A model generated the notes under the pieces. It was not told the origin of the DNA. It did not search any database and saw only the letters and a program-made list of their open reading frames with translations. From Candidatus Latescibacterota bacterium (GTDB lineage: Bacteria > Latescibacterota > UBA2968 > UBA8231), in assembly GCA_965206595.1 (NCBI GenBank), contig OZ242214.1, positions 5,984,001-6,048,000 of the forward strand: a DNA stretch of 64,000 nucleotides, in the 5' to 3' direction. Both the position numbers and the translations under genes were made by a program. Below, piece after piece: positions 1 through 8,117 of this stretch; positions within the stretch are counted from its first letter, which is position 1; each line of letters starts with the position of its first letter.

Positions 1-471
1 GTTCCGCAACGGCTCGTCGCTCGCCTGGGCCGTCCGATACCCTTCTTCATGCAGATGGCGACCCAGGATCTCTACCGGTTATGGAAACGCGAGCAACGCA
101 GGATCGCCGCGGCGGATGTCGATGCCGTCTTCGAGGCGATGGTCGTCGGTTCCGCCGCCCGTACCCGACTGCAGCACTTCCATTCGAGGATCAACCGATA
201 CTATGCGGATCCGAAAGGCTCGATTGCCCATGCCTTGCTGGGACAAATCAGCGTGAGCGAATCGGGGCTGAGGCGCCCAACCCTGTTGCAGGAGACGGAA
301 CGCCTGCTGATGGAACTCGACGACACGCACCCGGCGCATGAACGCAGGCAGATGTTCAACCAGCTGTTGCTCGACCTGGAGAACGATTTCTACATCGAAG
401 AGGTCGAAGAGGGGTCCTGCGACTTCGCCAGCGGCGTGCTGAAATCATGGTGGAGAAAATACCATGCCTGA
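1..471 (+). CDS. 3' end of a probable AAA/archaeal-type ATPase (starts upstream of window)
   Basis: YPFFMQ motif and C-terminal LENDFYI...F.SGVLKSWW wHTH-like tail typical of ATPases paired with ATPase-TPR genes; stop overlaps next start. Confidence 0.6.
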   Translation, partial: VPQRLVARLGRPIPFFMQMATQDLYRLWKREQRRIAAADVDAVFEAMVVGSAARTRLQHFHSRINRYYADPKGSIAHALLGQISVSESGLRRPTLLQETERLLMELDDTHPAHERRQMFNQLLLDLENDFYIEEVEEGSCDFASGVLKSWWRKYHA

Positions 472-3232
472 ACCGGCCCTCCCTTCGAACATCGGCCTGT
501 ACCGATCGGGCGTGACCAGCCCGGAGCGCCTCCGCCATACCAGCGTTGCGCGTGAACACCTGCTCGACAACGCCATCGAATCCCTGCGTGGTTCGGTGGA
601 CAGGAAGTCGAAAAGCCACCTGCTGTTCATCGGTCCGCGCGGAATCGGCAAGACCCACCTGCTTTCGTGCATCGAAGACGCCGTTCAGTCCGACGAAACG
701 CTGAGCGCAAGTGTCGTAATCGTCCGGTTCCCGGAGGAATCGAACCGGACGCTGTCCTTCGCCGATTTCCTGATCGGCATGTGCGGGATTTTGAAGGAAG
801 TCCTCGAAGACGAACCGCTGTGGACGGAGCTGTTCGCCGCGGTGCAGACCGAAGAAAACGACGCCAGGGTCGCCGACACGCTGGTGCCGGCAATCCGCGA
901 AGAGAATCGCAGGCGTGGCCGGACAATGCTCGTCATGCTCGAAAACCTGGGCGAGATCCTCACCCGGCAAATCCGCGACAAGAACGCCGTCGCCGCTCTG
1001 CGCAAGTTTTTCATGGCCGACAACGGTTGCCTGCTGCTGGCCACCGCACCGCTGCATTTCGACGGAATCACCGACATCGGACAGCCGTTCTACGACTTCT
1101 TCGACATTCAGATCCTGGAGAACCTGAGCTTCGAGGACACGGTTGAAGTCATCCGGCTGAACCTCGAGTGGGAAGGACGCACGGACATTCTCGAAACCCT
1201 GGAGGACATGCGTCCCCGCCTGCGATCGCTCTATCAGATGACGGGGGGAAACCCGCGGCTGACGATGATGCTCTACGAGCTGATCGCCCACGAGTCGGTC
1301 ACCAGCGTGCAGGATCAGTTCCTCCGGCTGCTCGACCGTATCTCGCCGTTCTACCAGGGCCGCTTGAACGACCTGCCACCCGGCCAGCGCGCCTTGCTGG
1401 AATGTCTGGCGAGCATGCGCGGCCAGGAGAAGACGCCGGCCGCCATCGCCGCGCGAATGCGCATGAGCCAGCAGGAGGCGTCGTCGCTTCTCAAGCGTCT
1501 CACCAGTGCCCATTACCTGCGCGCAGACCGGCACCCGCAAGACCGGCGTTCGCGCCTCTACACGATTCGCGAGGGATTCTTCGACATCTGGCTCGCGATG
1601 AATCTCTCCCGCGGCGCACGCAGGCGCATGCCGTTCCTGCTCGACTTCTTCAGTCTCTTCTACCCGAGCATCGCGGCCCGCGAGGAAAAGCGCGGCCAGT
1701 TGCGCGCGAAGCTTCTCGAAGAGGGCAGTGATGACGCGGAAAGGTCTCTTGACTACCTGAGTGAAGTCGGCGACGAAGGGGAGCGGGCGACCGCGAAGTT
1801 CGACATGGCCCGAATCTACGCCCGCCGGGGAGATGTCGATCAGACGGTGAGCTACGTGCGGGAAGCCGCCCCCCTGGCCGGAGACGGAGTGAGCCGGTCG
1901 ATTGCCCGCATTGCCGACAGCACTCCGGCGGCTCCCGACTATCTCTCCGAAATCGAGGAAATGATTGAGTGCTGGGAGATGCATCGTAGCGGCGAGCTCG
2001 AGGAGTTTGCCCACCGGCTCGCGGAGATGGGGGAAAAACTGACTCTGCGCACCTTCTCCGAGGCCAGACTGGCTTTTCTGCGAGATACCCTGGAAAGCGT
2101 GGACGATTCCGAGGAACGGATCGCGCAGCGCCTGAGGATTGCCGCAGTGCTGATGGAACTCGCACGTTGGAAGGAGTGCGAGGAGCAGCAGCGCCATGCG
2201 CTTGCTGAGGCAACGGCACTCGCAAATGCGACACTTGAGGCATGGACGTCGAACGAGCTGGCGCAACTGCTAGGGCGCACCAACCGACGCGGAGAGGCCG
2301 AGCCGCTGATGCGGCGTGCGCTGGAGGTCTGCGTGGCCGCCCACGGCGATCAGCACCCAACCGTGGCGATCTGCTTGAACAATCTGGCGACTCTGCTGCA
2401 GGACACCAACCGTATCGAAGAAGCCGAGCCGCTGATGCGGCGTGCGCTGGAGATCGACGTGGCCGCCCACGGCGATCAGCACCCGACCGTGGCGATCCGC
2501 TTGAACAACCTGGCGATTCTGCTGAAAGACACCAACCGCATCGAGGAGGCGGAGCCGCTGATGCGCTGTGCTCTGGAGATCGATGTGGCGGCCCTCGGCG
2601 AGCAGCACCCGAAAGTGGCGATTGGTTTGAGCAACCTGGCGCAAGTACTGAAAGACACCAACCGCATCAAGGAAGCCGAACCGCTGATGCGCCGTGCTCT
2701 GGAGATCGACGAGGCCGCCTTCGGCGAGCAGCACCCAACCGTGGCGATCCGTTTGAACAACCTGGCGATTCTGCTGAAAGACACCAACCGCATCGAGGAG
2801 GCGGAGCCGCTGATGCGGCGTGCGTTGGAGATCGACGAGAGGTCCTTCGGTCAGCAGCATCCGACCGTGGCGACAGACATGGACAACCTGGCGATTCTGC
2901 TGAAAGACACCAACCGCATCGAGGAGGCGGAGCCGCTGATGCGGCGTGCGTTGGAGATCGACGAGAGGTCCTTCGGCCAGCAGCACCCGACCGTGGCGAG
3001 AGATCTGAACAACTTGGGGACGCTGCTACAGGCCACTCACCGCATCGAGGAGGCGGAGCCGCTGATGCGGCGTGCGTTGGAGATCGGCGAGACGGCTTAC
3101 GGTCAGCAGCATCCAGACGTAGCGACATACATGAACAACCTGGCGACCCTGCTGCTGGACACTCACCTGATCGAGGAAGCCGAGCTCTTGATGCGGCGAT
3201 CTCTGGAAATCCTGGACACCTTCCGTCGCTAG
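464..3232 (+). CDS. STAND-like ATPase + winged helix + TPR-repeat protein
   Basis: Walker A GPRGIGKT, Walker B-like VMLENL, GGNPR motif, wHTH, then 42-aa TPR repeats (EAEPLMRRALEI...HPTVA..LNNLA). Confidence 0.85.
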   Translation: MPEPALPSNIGLYRSGVTSPERLRHTSVAREHLLDNAIESLRGSVDRKSKSHLLFIGPRGIGKTHLLSCIEDAVQSDETLSASVVIVRFPEESNRTLSFADFLIGMCGILKEVLEDEPLWTELFAAVQTEENDARVADTLVPAIREENRRRGRTMLVMLENLGEILTRQIRDKNAVAALRKFFMADNGCLLLATAPLHFDGITDIGQPFYDFFDIQILENLSFEDTVEVIRLNLEWEGRTDILETLEDMRPRLRSLYQMTGGNPRLTMMLYELIAHESVTSVQDQFLRLLDRISPFYQGRLNDLPPGQRALLECLASMRGQEKTPAAIAARMRMSQQEASSLLKRLTSAHYLRADRHPQDRRSRLYTIREGFFDIWLAMNLSRGARRRMPFLLDFFSLFYPSIAAREEKRGQLRAKLLEEGSDDAERSLDYLSEVGDEGERATAKFDMARIYARRGDVDQTVSYVREAAPLAGDGVSRSIARIADSTPAAPDYLSEIEEMIECWEMHRSGELEEFAHRLAEMGEKLTLRTFSEARLAFLRDTLESVDDSEERIAQRLRIAAVLMELARWKECEEQQRHALAEATALANATLEAWTSNELAQLLGRTNRRGEAEPLMRRALEVCVAAHGDQHPTVAICLNNLATLLQDTNRIEEAEPLMRRALEIDVAAHGDQHPTVAIRLNNLAILLKDTNRIEEAEPLMRCALEIDVAALGEQHPKVAIGLSNLAQVLKDTNRIKEAEPLMRRALEIDEAAFGEQHPTVAIRLNNLAILLKDTNRIEEAEPLMRRALEIDERSFGQQHPTVATDMDNLAILLKDTNRIEEAEPLMRRALEIDERSFGQQHPTVARDLNNLGTLLQATHRIEEAEPLMRRALEIGETAYGQQHPDVATYMNNLATLLLDTHLIEEAELLMRRSLEILDTFRR
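2290..3205 (+). repeat. ~7 tandem 126-nt TPR-coding repeats
   Basis: gagccgctgatgcggcgtgcg recurs about every 126 nt with high DNA identity. Confidence 0.9.
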
Positions 3233-3372
3233 ACCGGGCACGAGCACCCGCACTTCCAAAACGCCAACGAGAGCTATCAGGCCCTTAAGCGGGCCATGGG
3301 ATCCAACGAGCCGGATTGATCGGCAGCGCCGGGATCGGGCCGGCAAACCGGCCCACGCCGCTTGGGTGGATT

Positions 3373-4015
3373 CTATGGCTGTCCCGAGCGGCGCGGACTC
3401 GAAAGATGTTCGGGGATGCCCTGTCCCATCACCATGGCTGCGACGTCGTCCTGCGTGACGTCGGAGATCGGGAAGTCGCCGACCTTTTCACCGTGGCTGA
3501 GAATGGTTGCGCGGTCGGCGACTTCAAAGACATGGGAAATGTTGTGGGTGATGAAAATCACCCCCAGCCCCTTTTCTTTTGCGGCGGCGATATAGCCGAG
3601 CACCTTGCGGGTTTCGCCTACGGAAAGAGCAGAAGTCGGTTCATCGAGGATGAGTACGGGAGTCCCGAAGTGAAGGGCGCGGGCTATGGAGATCGATTGC
3701 CGCTCTCCGCCGGAAAGAAGGGCGACGGACTCCTTCGCGTTGCGGATGTGAATACCTATCTCACCCAGCGCCGTGGCCGCCCCGGTGTCCATCCCCGCCT
3801 GGTCGAAAAGGGTGAAGGGACCGACCCGCCTGGTGAGCTCCCTGCCCAGAAAGAAATTGCGCGCAATGCTCATGCTCGGAACTAGCGCAAGATCCTGATA
3901 CACGGTCTCGATCCCGAGGTCGCGGGCATCCTGCGGCGAGTCGAAGCGGACAGCCCTGCCCTCGAAATACATAACACCTGAGCTCGGCGGATAAACACCC
4001 GTAATCACCTTACAT
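3373..4015 (-). pseudogene. Sugar ABC transporter ATP-binding protein, 5'-truncated
   Basis: Has Q-loop TVYQDLAL, LSGGERQ, ILDEPT and ITHN, but no Walker A; homology begins abruptly at KVITGVY. Confidence 0.8.
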
Positions 4016-4221
4016 AAGCAAGGAAAAGAAATGAAGCGCACGGTGGGGGAAATTGCGCTGATCGGCTTACTCAGGGTTGAAGGGGCCTATACAAGCGATT
4101 TGGAATTGGCACCCAAGTTTTCACCTATCGTGAGGTTTACGGAAGACCCCGGCAACAACGGGAGAGATATCCGCGTAACCAGGCCGGAACCCGGCCGTTT
4201 TGAAGCAAGGAGCAAAGGCAA

Positions 4222-5460
4222 TTGAAAGTCCGACCTGACCTCGTCCCCGAGACCGAGCGGAATAACCTAGAAGTCATTCAGCTTACGGATGAGTCGATCC
4301 CCTCATCGCATGTCTATATGGAAGCGCAGATCTTCACGCCCGATTCGCAGCGGCTGATCCTCCACCGCTCGGCGCACCCGCACGGCTCTGATCCGCAGGA
4401 CCCGGAGCACCAGTTTCTGGTTTGCAACCTGGAAGACAATTGCAGCCTGACGCCGATCACCACCGAGCCTGGAACGACGGGGCCGTCTGTCTCACCGGAT
4501 GGCGACTACCTGTTCTACTTCGTCGATGAAACAGAGCCAGGAACAGACGGACGACTGACGCTGAAGCGGGTCGGGCTGGATGGGTCTGAAGGCGAGATCG
4601 TCTACGTCCTGGATCACGCGATTCCGGGGACCGGTTTCAGGCTGAGCCGGCCGTATCCGCTTTCGACGATTCCATCCGATGGCCGGCGCATCGCCATCTC
4701 GGGATTCCTCGGGGACGGCAACACCGCCGGGGCGCCCTGGGGTCTGCTCGTCTTCGAGATCGAAGAGCCATCCGTGCGGTTGGTCTTTCACGGTCCCAGC
4801 TGGTGCAACATTCACCCGCAGTACACGCGTCAAACGGACCCCAAAGCTTCCCACGACCTCATGATCCAGGAAAATCACGGGAATATCGTTTCAGCCGATG
4901 GCAGGCTGGAGAAGCTCGTCAGCGGGCTTGGCGCGGACATCCACCTGATCCGGGACGATGGCACGGATCTGCGCGATTTCCCCTGGGGCAGGGATGGGAA
5001 CGAGTTCTGTCAGGGGCATCAGTGCTGGCAGGGGAGAAGCGACATTGCCATCACCAGCACCTCGACGCGCGAACCGGACGAAAGACAGCTCATCTCGGGC
5101 AGGGCGACCGCGCACGTCGGCGATGAAGGCATCAACACGCCGGGCGGCTGGCGCAACGACCTGTCCCGCTCCTTTGCCGGGCCCGATTTCTGGCTTTTCG
5201 CAACGGACATGGACGGGATCCGTCTGATCACGGATGCGGGCCCGAAAGACGGGGGCGGCGCGGTCTGGCTGTTCGACCTTCCCGAGGAAGAGGAAGGTGC
5301 GCCGGCGAATACGCGGAAGGTCGCAAGCCCCGGATCGTCCTGGCAGAAGGACACCCACATCCATCCTTTCCGCTCGCCGGATGGAGGTTCGGGCTTCTTC
5401 AATTCCGATGAAAGTGGCGTGTTGCAGGCCTACATGGTGCGCGGCTGGGAAGTGACGTAA
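4222..5460 (+). CDS. Oligogalacturonate-lyase-like / TolB-like beta-propeller protein
   Basis: SHVYMEAQIFTPD N-terminus, HPQY, GHQCW, HIHP.RSPDG...FNSD..G..Q.Y C-terminus; RBS aggag. Confidence 0.65.
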   Translation: MKVRPDLVPETERNNLEVIQLTDESIPSSHVYMEAQIFTPDSQRLILHRSAHPHGSDPQDPEHQFLVCNLEDNCSLTPITTEPGTTGPSVSPDGDYLFYFVDETEPGTDGRLTLKRVGLDGSEGEIVYVLDHAIPGTGFRLSRPYPLSTIPSDGRRIAISGFLGDGNTAGAPWGLLVFEIEEPSVRLVFHGPSWCNIHPQYTRQTDPKASHDLMIQENHGNIVSADGRLEKLVSGLGADIHLIRDDGTDLRDFPWGRDGNEFCQGHQCWQGRSDIAITSTSTREPDERQLISGRATAHVGDEGINTPGGWRNDLSRSFAGPDFWLFATDMDGIRLITDAGPKDGGGAVWLFDLPEEEEGAPANTRKVASPGSSWQKDTHIHPFRSPDGGSGFFNSDESGVLQAYMVRGWEVT

Positions 5461-5495
5461 GAGAGTGGCATTGATAACCGGCTGTTCTGCGGCTG

Positions 5496-6002
5496 TCAGC
5501 AGGTGTCCAGCAGTTTGCGGAGCGCGGCCTTTTCACGGGCATCGACGCTGAGTTTGTACTTCGTCTTCACCCGGATGATGGTTCGTGCGAACCAGCATTT
5601 ATTCCGTCTGGGTGACCAGCCGGCCGCATCCTTGTTGTATTTCCTTCGATTGACGCTCGGCAGGGCCAGAACCAGGTTGTCCAGGTCCTGGGCAAACTGT
5701 TGGCGCCGAGCATAGGAAGCGCCGCACATACCAGAATCGTGGGCTTCGGACAGGGCCACTACGTGCTCGATGTGGCTTTCGTTCAGGCTGGAGAACCGGT
5801 ACCCGGTATAGCGGGAAACCCTTCCGTCCCGTTTTGCAATCAGGGGTTCAACAGATTGCGGGTAGTAGTAGTCGGACCGATCGTAGGAACTGCACCGGTA
5901 TTCCGGCCTCACTGTCAGGGTGTTCAGCTTCCTGGTATCTGAGCAGGAATACCAGGCATAGACCAACAACAGCAACACCAAGGCACATACCCAACGACTC
6001 AT
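5496..6002 (-). CDS. Secreted HNH nuclease (DUF1524 / GmrSD C-terminal-like)
   Basis: Hydrophobic N-terminus; IEHVVALSEAHDSG, NL..A..SVNRRK..KD, K.KY.LSVD..EK. Confidence 0.8.
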   Translation of the reverse strand: MSRWVCALVLLLLVYAWYSCSDTRKLNTLTVRPEYRCSSYDRSDYYYPQSVEPLIAKRDGRVSRYTGYRFSSLNESHIEHVVALSEAHDSGMCGASYARRQQFAQDLDNLVLALPSVNRRKYNKDAAGWSPRRNKCWFARTIIRVKTKYKLSVDAREKAALRKLLDTC

Positions 6003-6110
6003 CGCTTTTTGTACAAGAAGCCGAGCTGGTGATTCATCCTTTGCTTGAGTCTCCGCAGGACCTCTAGGTCAATTTCCGGATGGTCCAAGGTGGGTACATC
6101 GACTCCTTGT

Positions 6111-6524
6111 CTAACTGTGTATCCCGTCCAGTTCGGGCAAGAGTTTAACGCTCTCTTGTTCGTTGGGGTCCGTCCGGGCGATCACGGCAGTGCAGGTTTC
6201 AGTCTCGCTGGGATTGTAGGGAAGGTGAGGGATGCCGGCGGGGATGTAAATGAAGTCGCCGCTGTTGATGTCTGCATGCTCTTCCAGCCGCTCGCCATAC
6301 CACATTCCAGCCTGGCCGCTGATGACATAAACAGCTGTCTCGTGGTTTTCGTGCAGGTGTGCCCTGGCTCGTTCTTCAGGAGGCATGTTCAGCAGGTGCA
6401 TGCAAATCCTCTGCGAGCCGGTGTTCTCGGCGGCGATTCCCGCAATGTAGGAGAGTGCCTGTTTGCCTTCGTAGGATTCCCGGCTGCGAATCACTTTGCA
6501 GGTTTGCTTGGGGTGCTCTGACAT
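6111..6524 (-). CDS. Cupin-domain protein
   Basis: HLHENHETAVY and GDFIYIPAGIPH cupin motifs; RBS ggagg. Confidence 0.85.
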   Translation of the reverse strand: MSEHPKQTCKVIRSRESYEGKQALSYIAGIAAENTGSQRICMHLLNMPPEERARAHLHENHETAVYVISGQAGMWYGERLEEHADINSGDFIYIPAGIPHLPYNPSETETCTAVIARTDPNEQESVKLLPELDGIHS

Positions 6525-6542
6525 TGTTTTCCTCCGGTGAAT

Positions 6543-6705
6543 TTACAGACCTGATACACCAGTCCGTCGAGGAGGTTCGGCTCCGCGGACCGTATCGCGG
6601 AACACGGTGGTGACGCCGAGCAGTTCGATCTCCCCGCACATGAGCGCATACGGCAGCGCCAGGGCGTCCTCGATGTCGGTGTCCAGGATGATCTTGTGCA
6701 CTGCG
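6543..6705 (-). pseudogene. Nucleoside hydrolase N-terminal fragment
   Basis: KIILDTDIEDALAL...ELLGVTTVF resembles the IU-NH N-terminus with a shortened DxDxxxDD motif; only ~50 codons remain. Confidence 0.6.
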
Positions 6706-6747
6706 TGCTCCTCTCCGTCGGGCAAACGGCCAAGGATGGATCCATTA

Positions 6748-7237
6748 ATAGGTAAAAAGTAGGCACCTTTTTTGACTCTCGGCCAAGGCGCTGAGCGCAC
6801 CGCAAGGGCCAAGCAACTCCCCTGAGGATCGTCAGCAGGTCCTTCGCAGATTTCGCAGTACGGTTTTGTATTTCCTGTCGGCACGTATCAGGATCAATCC
6901 GGGGCCTGAGGGACCGTTAGGCAGGTCAAGCGGCGGACTCGAACTGCGGCTGCGGCGGGGCCCTCGCAGGGGCCAACGCCGGGGTCCGGGCCGGCAACCC
7001 GACCCTGTTTAGATAGCGTCGGATCGAGGCCGAGCCCGTGGAGCAGGGGGCGCCGGTTGGGGGGGCTGGAGTAGTATCGGCTCCCCCAGGCTCGGCATCA
7101 GGGCGGCCGGTTCGCGGCGGCGCAGGGAGCGGGCCGAGTACCAGGCGTTCCCTTGGCCCATCCATTATCGCGTTGGCGGCAAGCCGGTCTCTGGCGGAAA
7201 ACCGCGGAAGGACGACAAGTCCCCGGCCCGCACGGCA
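6748..7237 (-). mobile_element. IS91-family 3' remnant with oriIS-like end
   Basis: Encodes SIRRYLNRVGLPA...ARAPP transposase tail; 6748-6925 is the reverse-complement homologue of ~30900-31090. Confidence 0.7.
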
Positions 7238-7246
7238 TCATGGAGC

Positions 7247-7544
7247 CACTACTGTCCGGTTGAGCGCTTTGAAGAATCGTGTAAGTAATGCATCTACAAT
7301 GAGTTGTGCGAATAAATGACCGTTGTCGATATCTGGATCGCTATCAGCACGTACGTGCTCGTGGCCATCGTCAAGAAGCAGCTACACGTCGACCGCCGTC
7401 TGGCCGAAATCCTGCAAATCTTCACCGTTTCGCTGTTCGAGAAAGTCGATATTTTACAATTGCTTACGAGAATCAACTCCCAATACCAATCAGAGCATCT
7501 TTGTAACCAGTTGAGCTTATTCGACTTATAACCGGACAGTAGTG
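7247..7544 (+). mobile_element. 298-bp internally deleted IS4-family element (MITE-like)
   Basis: Perfect 15-bp TIR CACTACTGTCCGGTT (7247-7261 / 7530-7544); 9-bp TSD TCATGGAGC (7238-7246, 7545-7553); retains transposase tail IWIAISTYVLVAIVKK...NQLSLFDL. Confidence 0.9.
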
Positions 7545-7796
7545 TCATGGAGCAATAAAATTTTTTCAATATCATCAATATACCTGGCCAAATCCGGGGT
7601 TCAGACAGCTGGCTTTTGGAACCTTTGCAGCACGTGCCGGCAAGGAAATCCGCGCCCGTCCAACTACCCGGCCCCCCCTTGCCCTGGTTGCTGCTGTTCC
7701 CCCCGGTCGGCTTTCTGCCTGTCCGCGTGGCTGCGGATGCGGGCCCTCCCCGCCGAGATTCGACCGCACGGGCCTATTTCCTGCCCTTGTCCTTTG

Positions 7797-7951
7797 TGTT
7801 TCAAATTGAGACAGGCGTCGCATATCGCGACACATGGCCTTTACTGCCGCCCCCTGAGTTTATATAACCCGTTCATAAACAGTTGGTTGAACAGTTGACT
7901 CCCCTTTAGGCGACCCCCGGGGCAGGCGCAGTAATGTTTCAAAATGCGACA
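7797..7951. promoter_or_regulatory. Three TGT-N11-ACA-type palindromes, candidate enhancer-binding-protein sites
   Basis: TGTTTCAAATTGAGACA 7797-7813, CGTCGCATATCGCGACA 7816-7832, TGTTTCAAAATGCGACA 7935-7951. Confidence 0.55.
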
Positions 7952-8029
7952 CTCGCCCCCTTTTCCTCGCTTCACTCCATATGGGTTAACCCCTTTATCT
8001 GCAAGTAGTTAGCTCCATTTCCTCGAAGA

Positions 8030-8045
8030 TGGCACAGTCTTTGCA
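8030..8045 (+). promoter_or_regulatory. Sigma54 (-24/-12) promoter
   Basis: TGGCACAGTCTTTGCA fits TGGCAC-N5-TTGC with exact GG-N10-GC spacing, upstream of the 8118 ORF. Confidence 0.7.
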
Positions 8046-8117
8046 CGCCCATACAGGATCCAAACGCGCAGGCCCCCCGGTGCGTTCCTGCCGGGGCTTC
8101 GGCACCCCCGGTCCTGC

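Noticed and set aside
356-2266. Long antisense/alternate-frame ORFs (also 42577-44430, 57489-59177, 8960-10213 and others)
   Set aside because: Shadows of GC-rich genes with no motifs of their own
2290-3205. DGR as the source of TPR (or LRR) variation
   Set aside because: No reverse transcriptase or template repeat; differences are not adenine-specific
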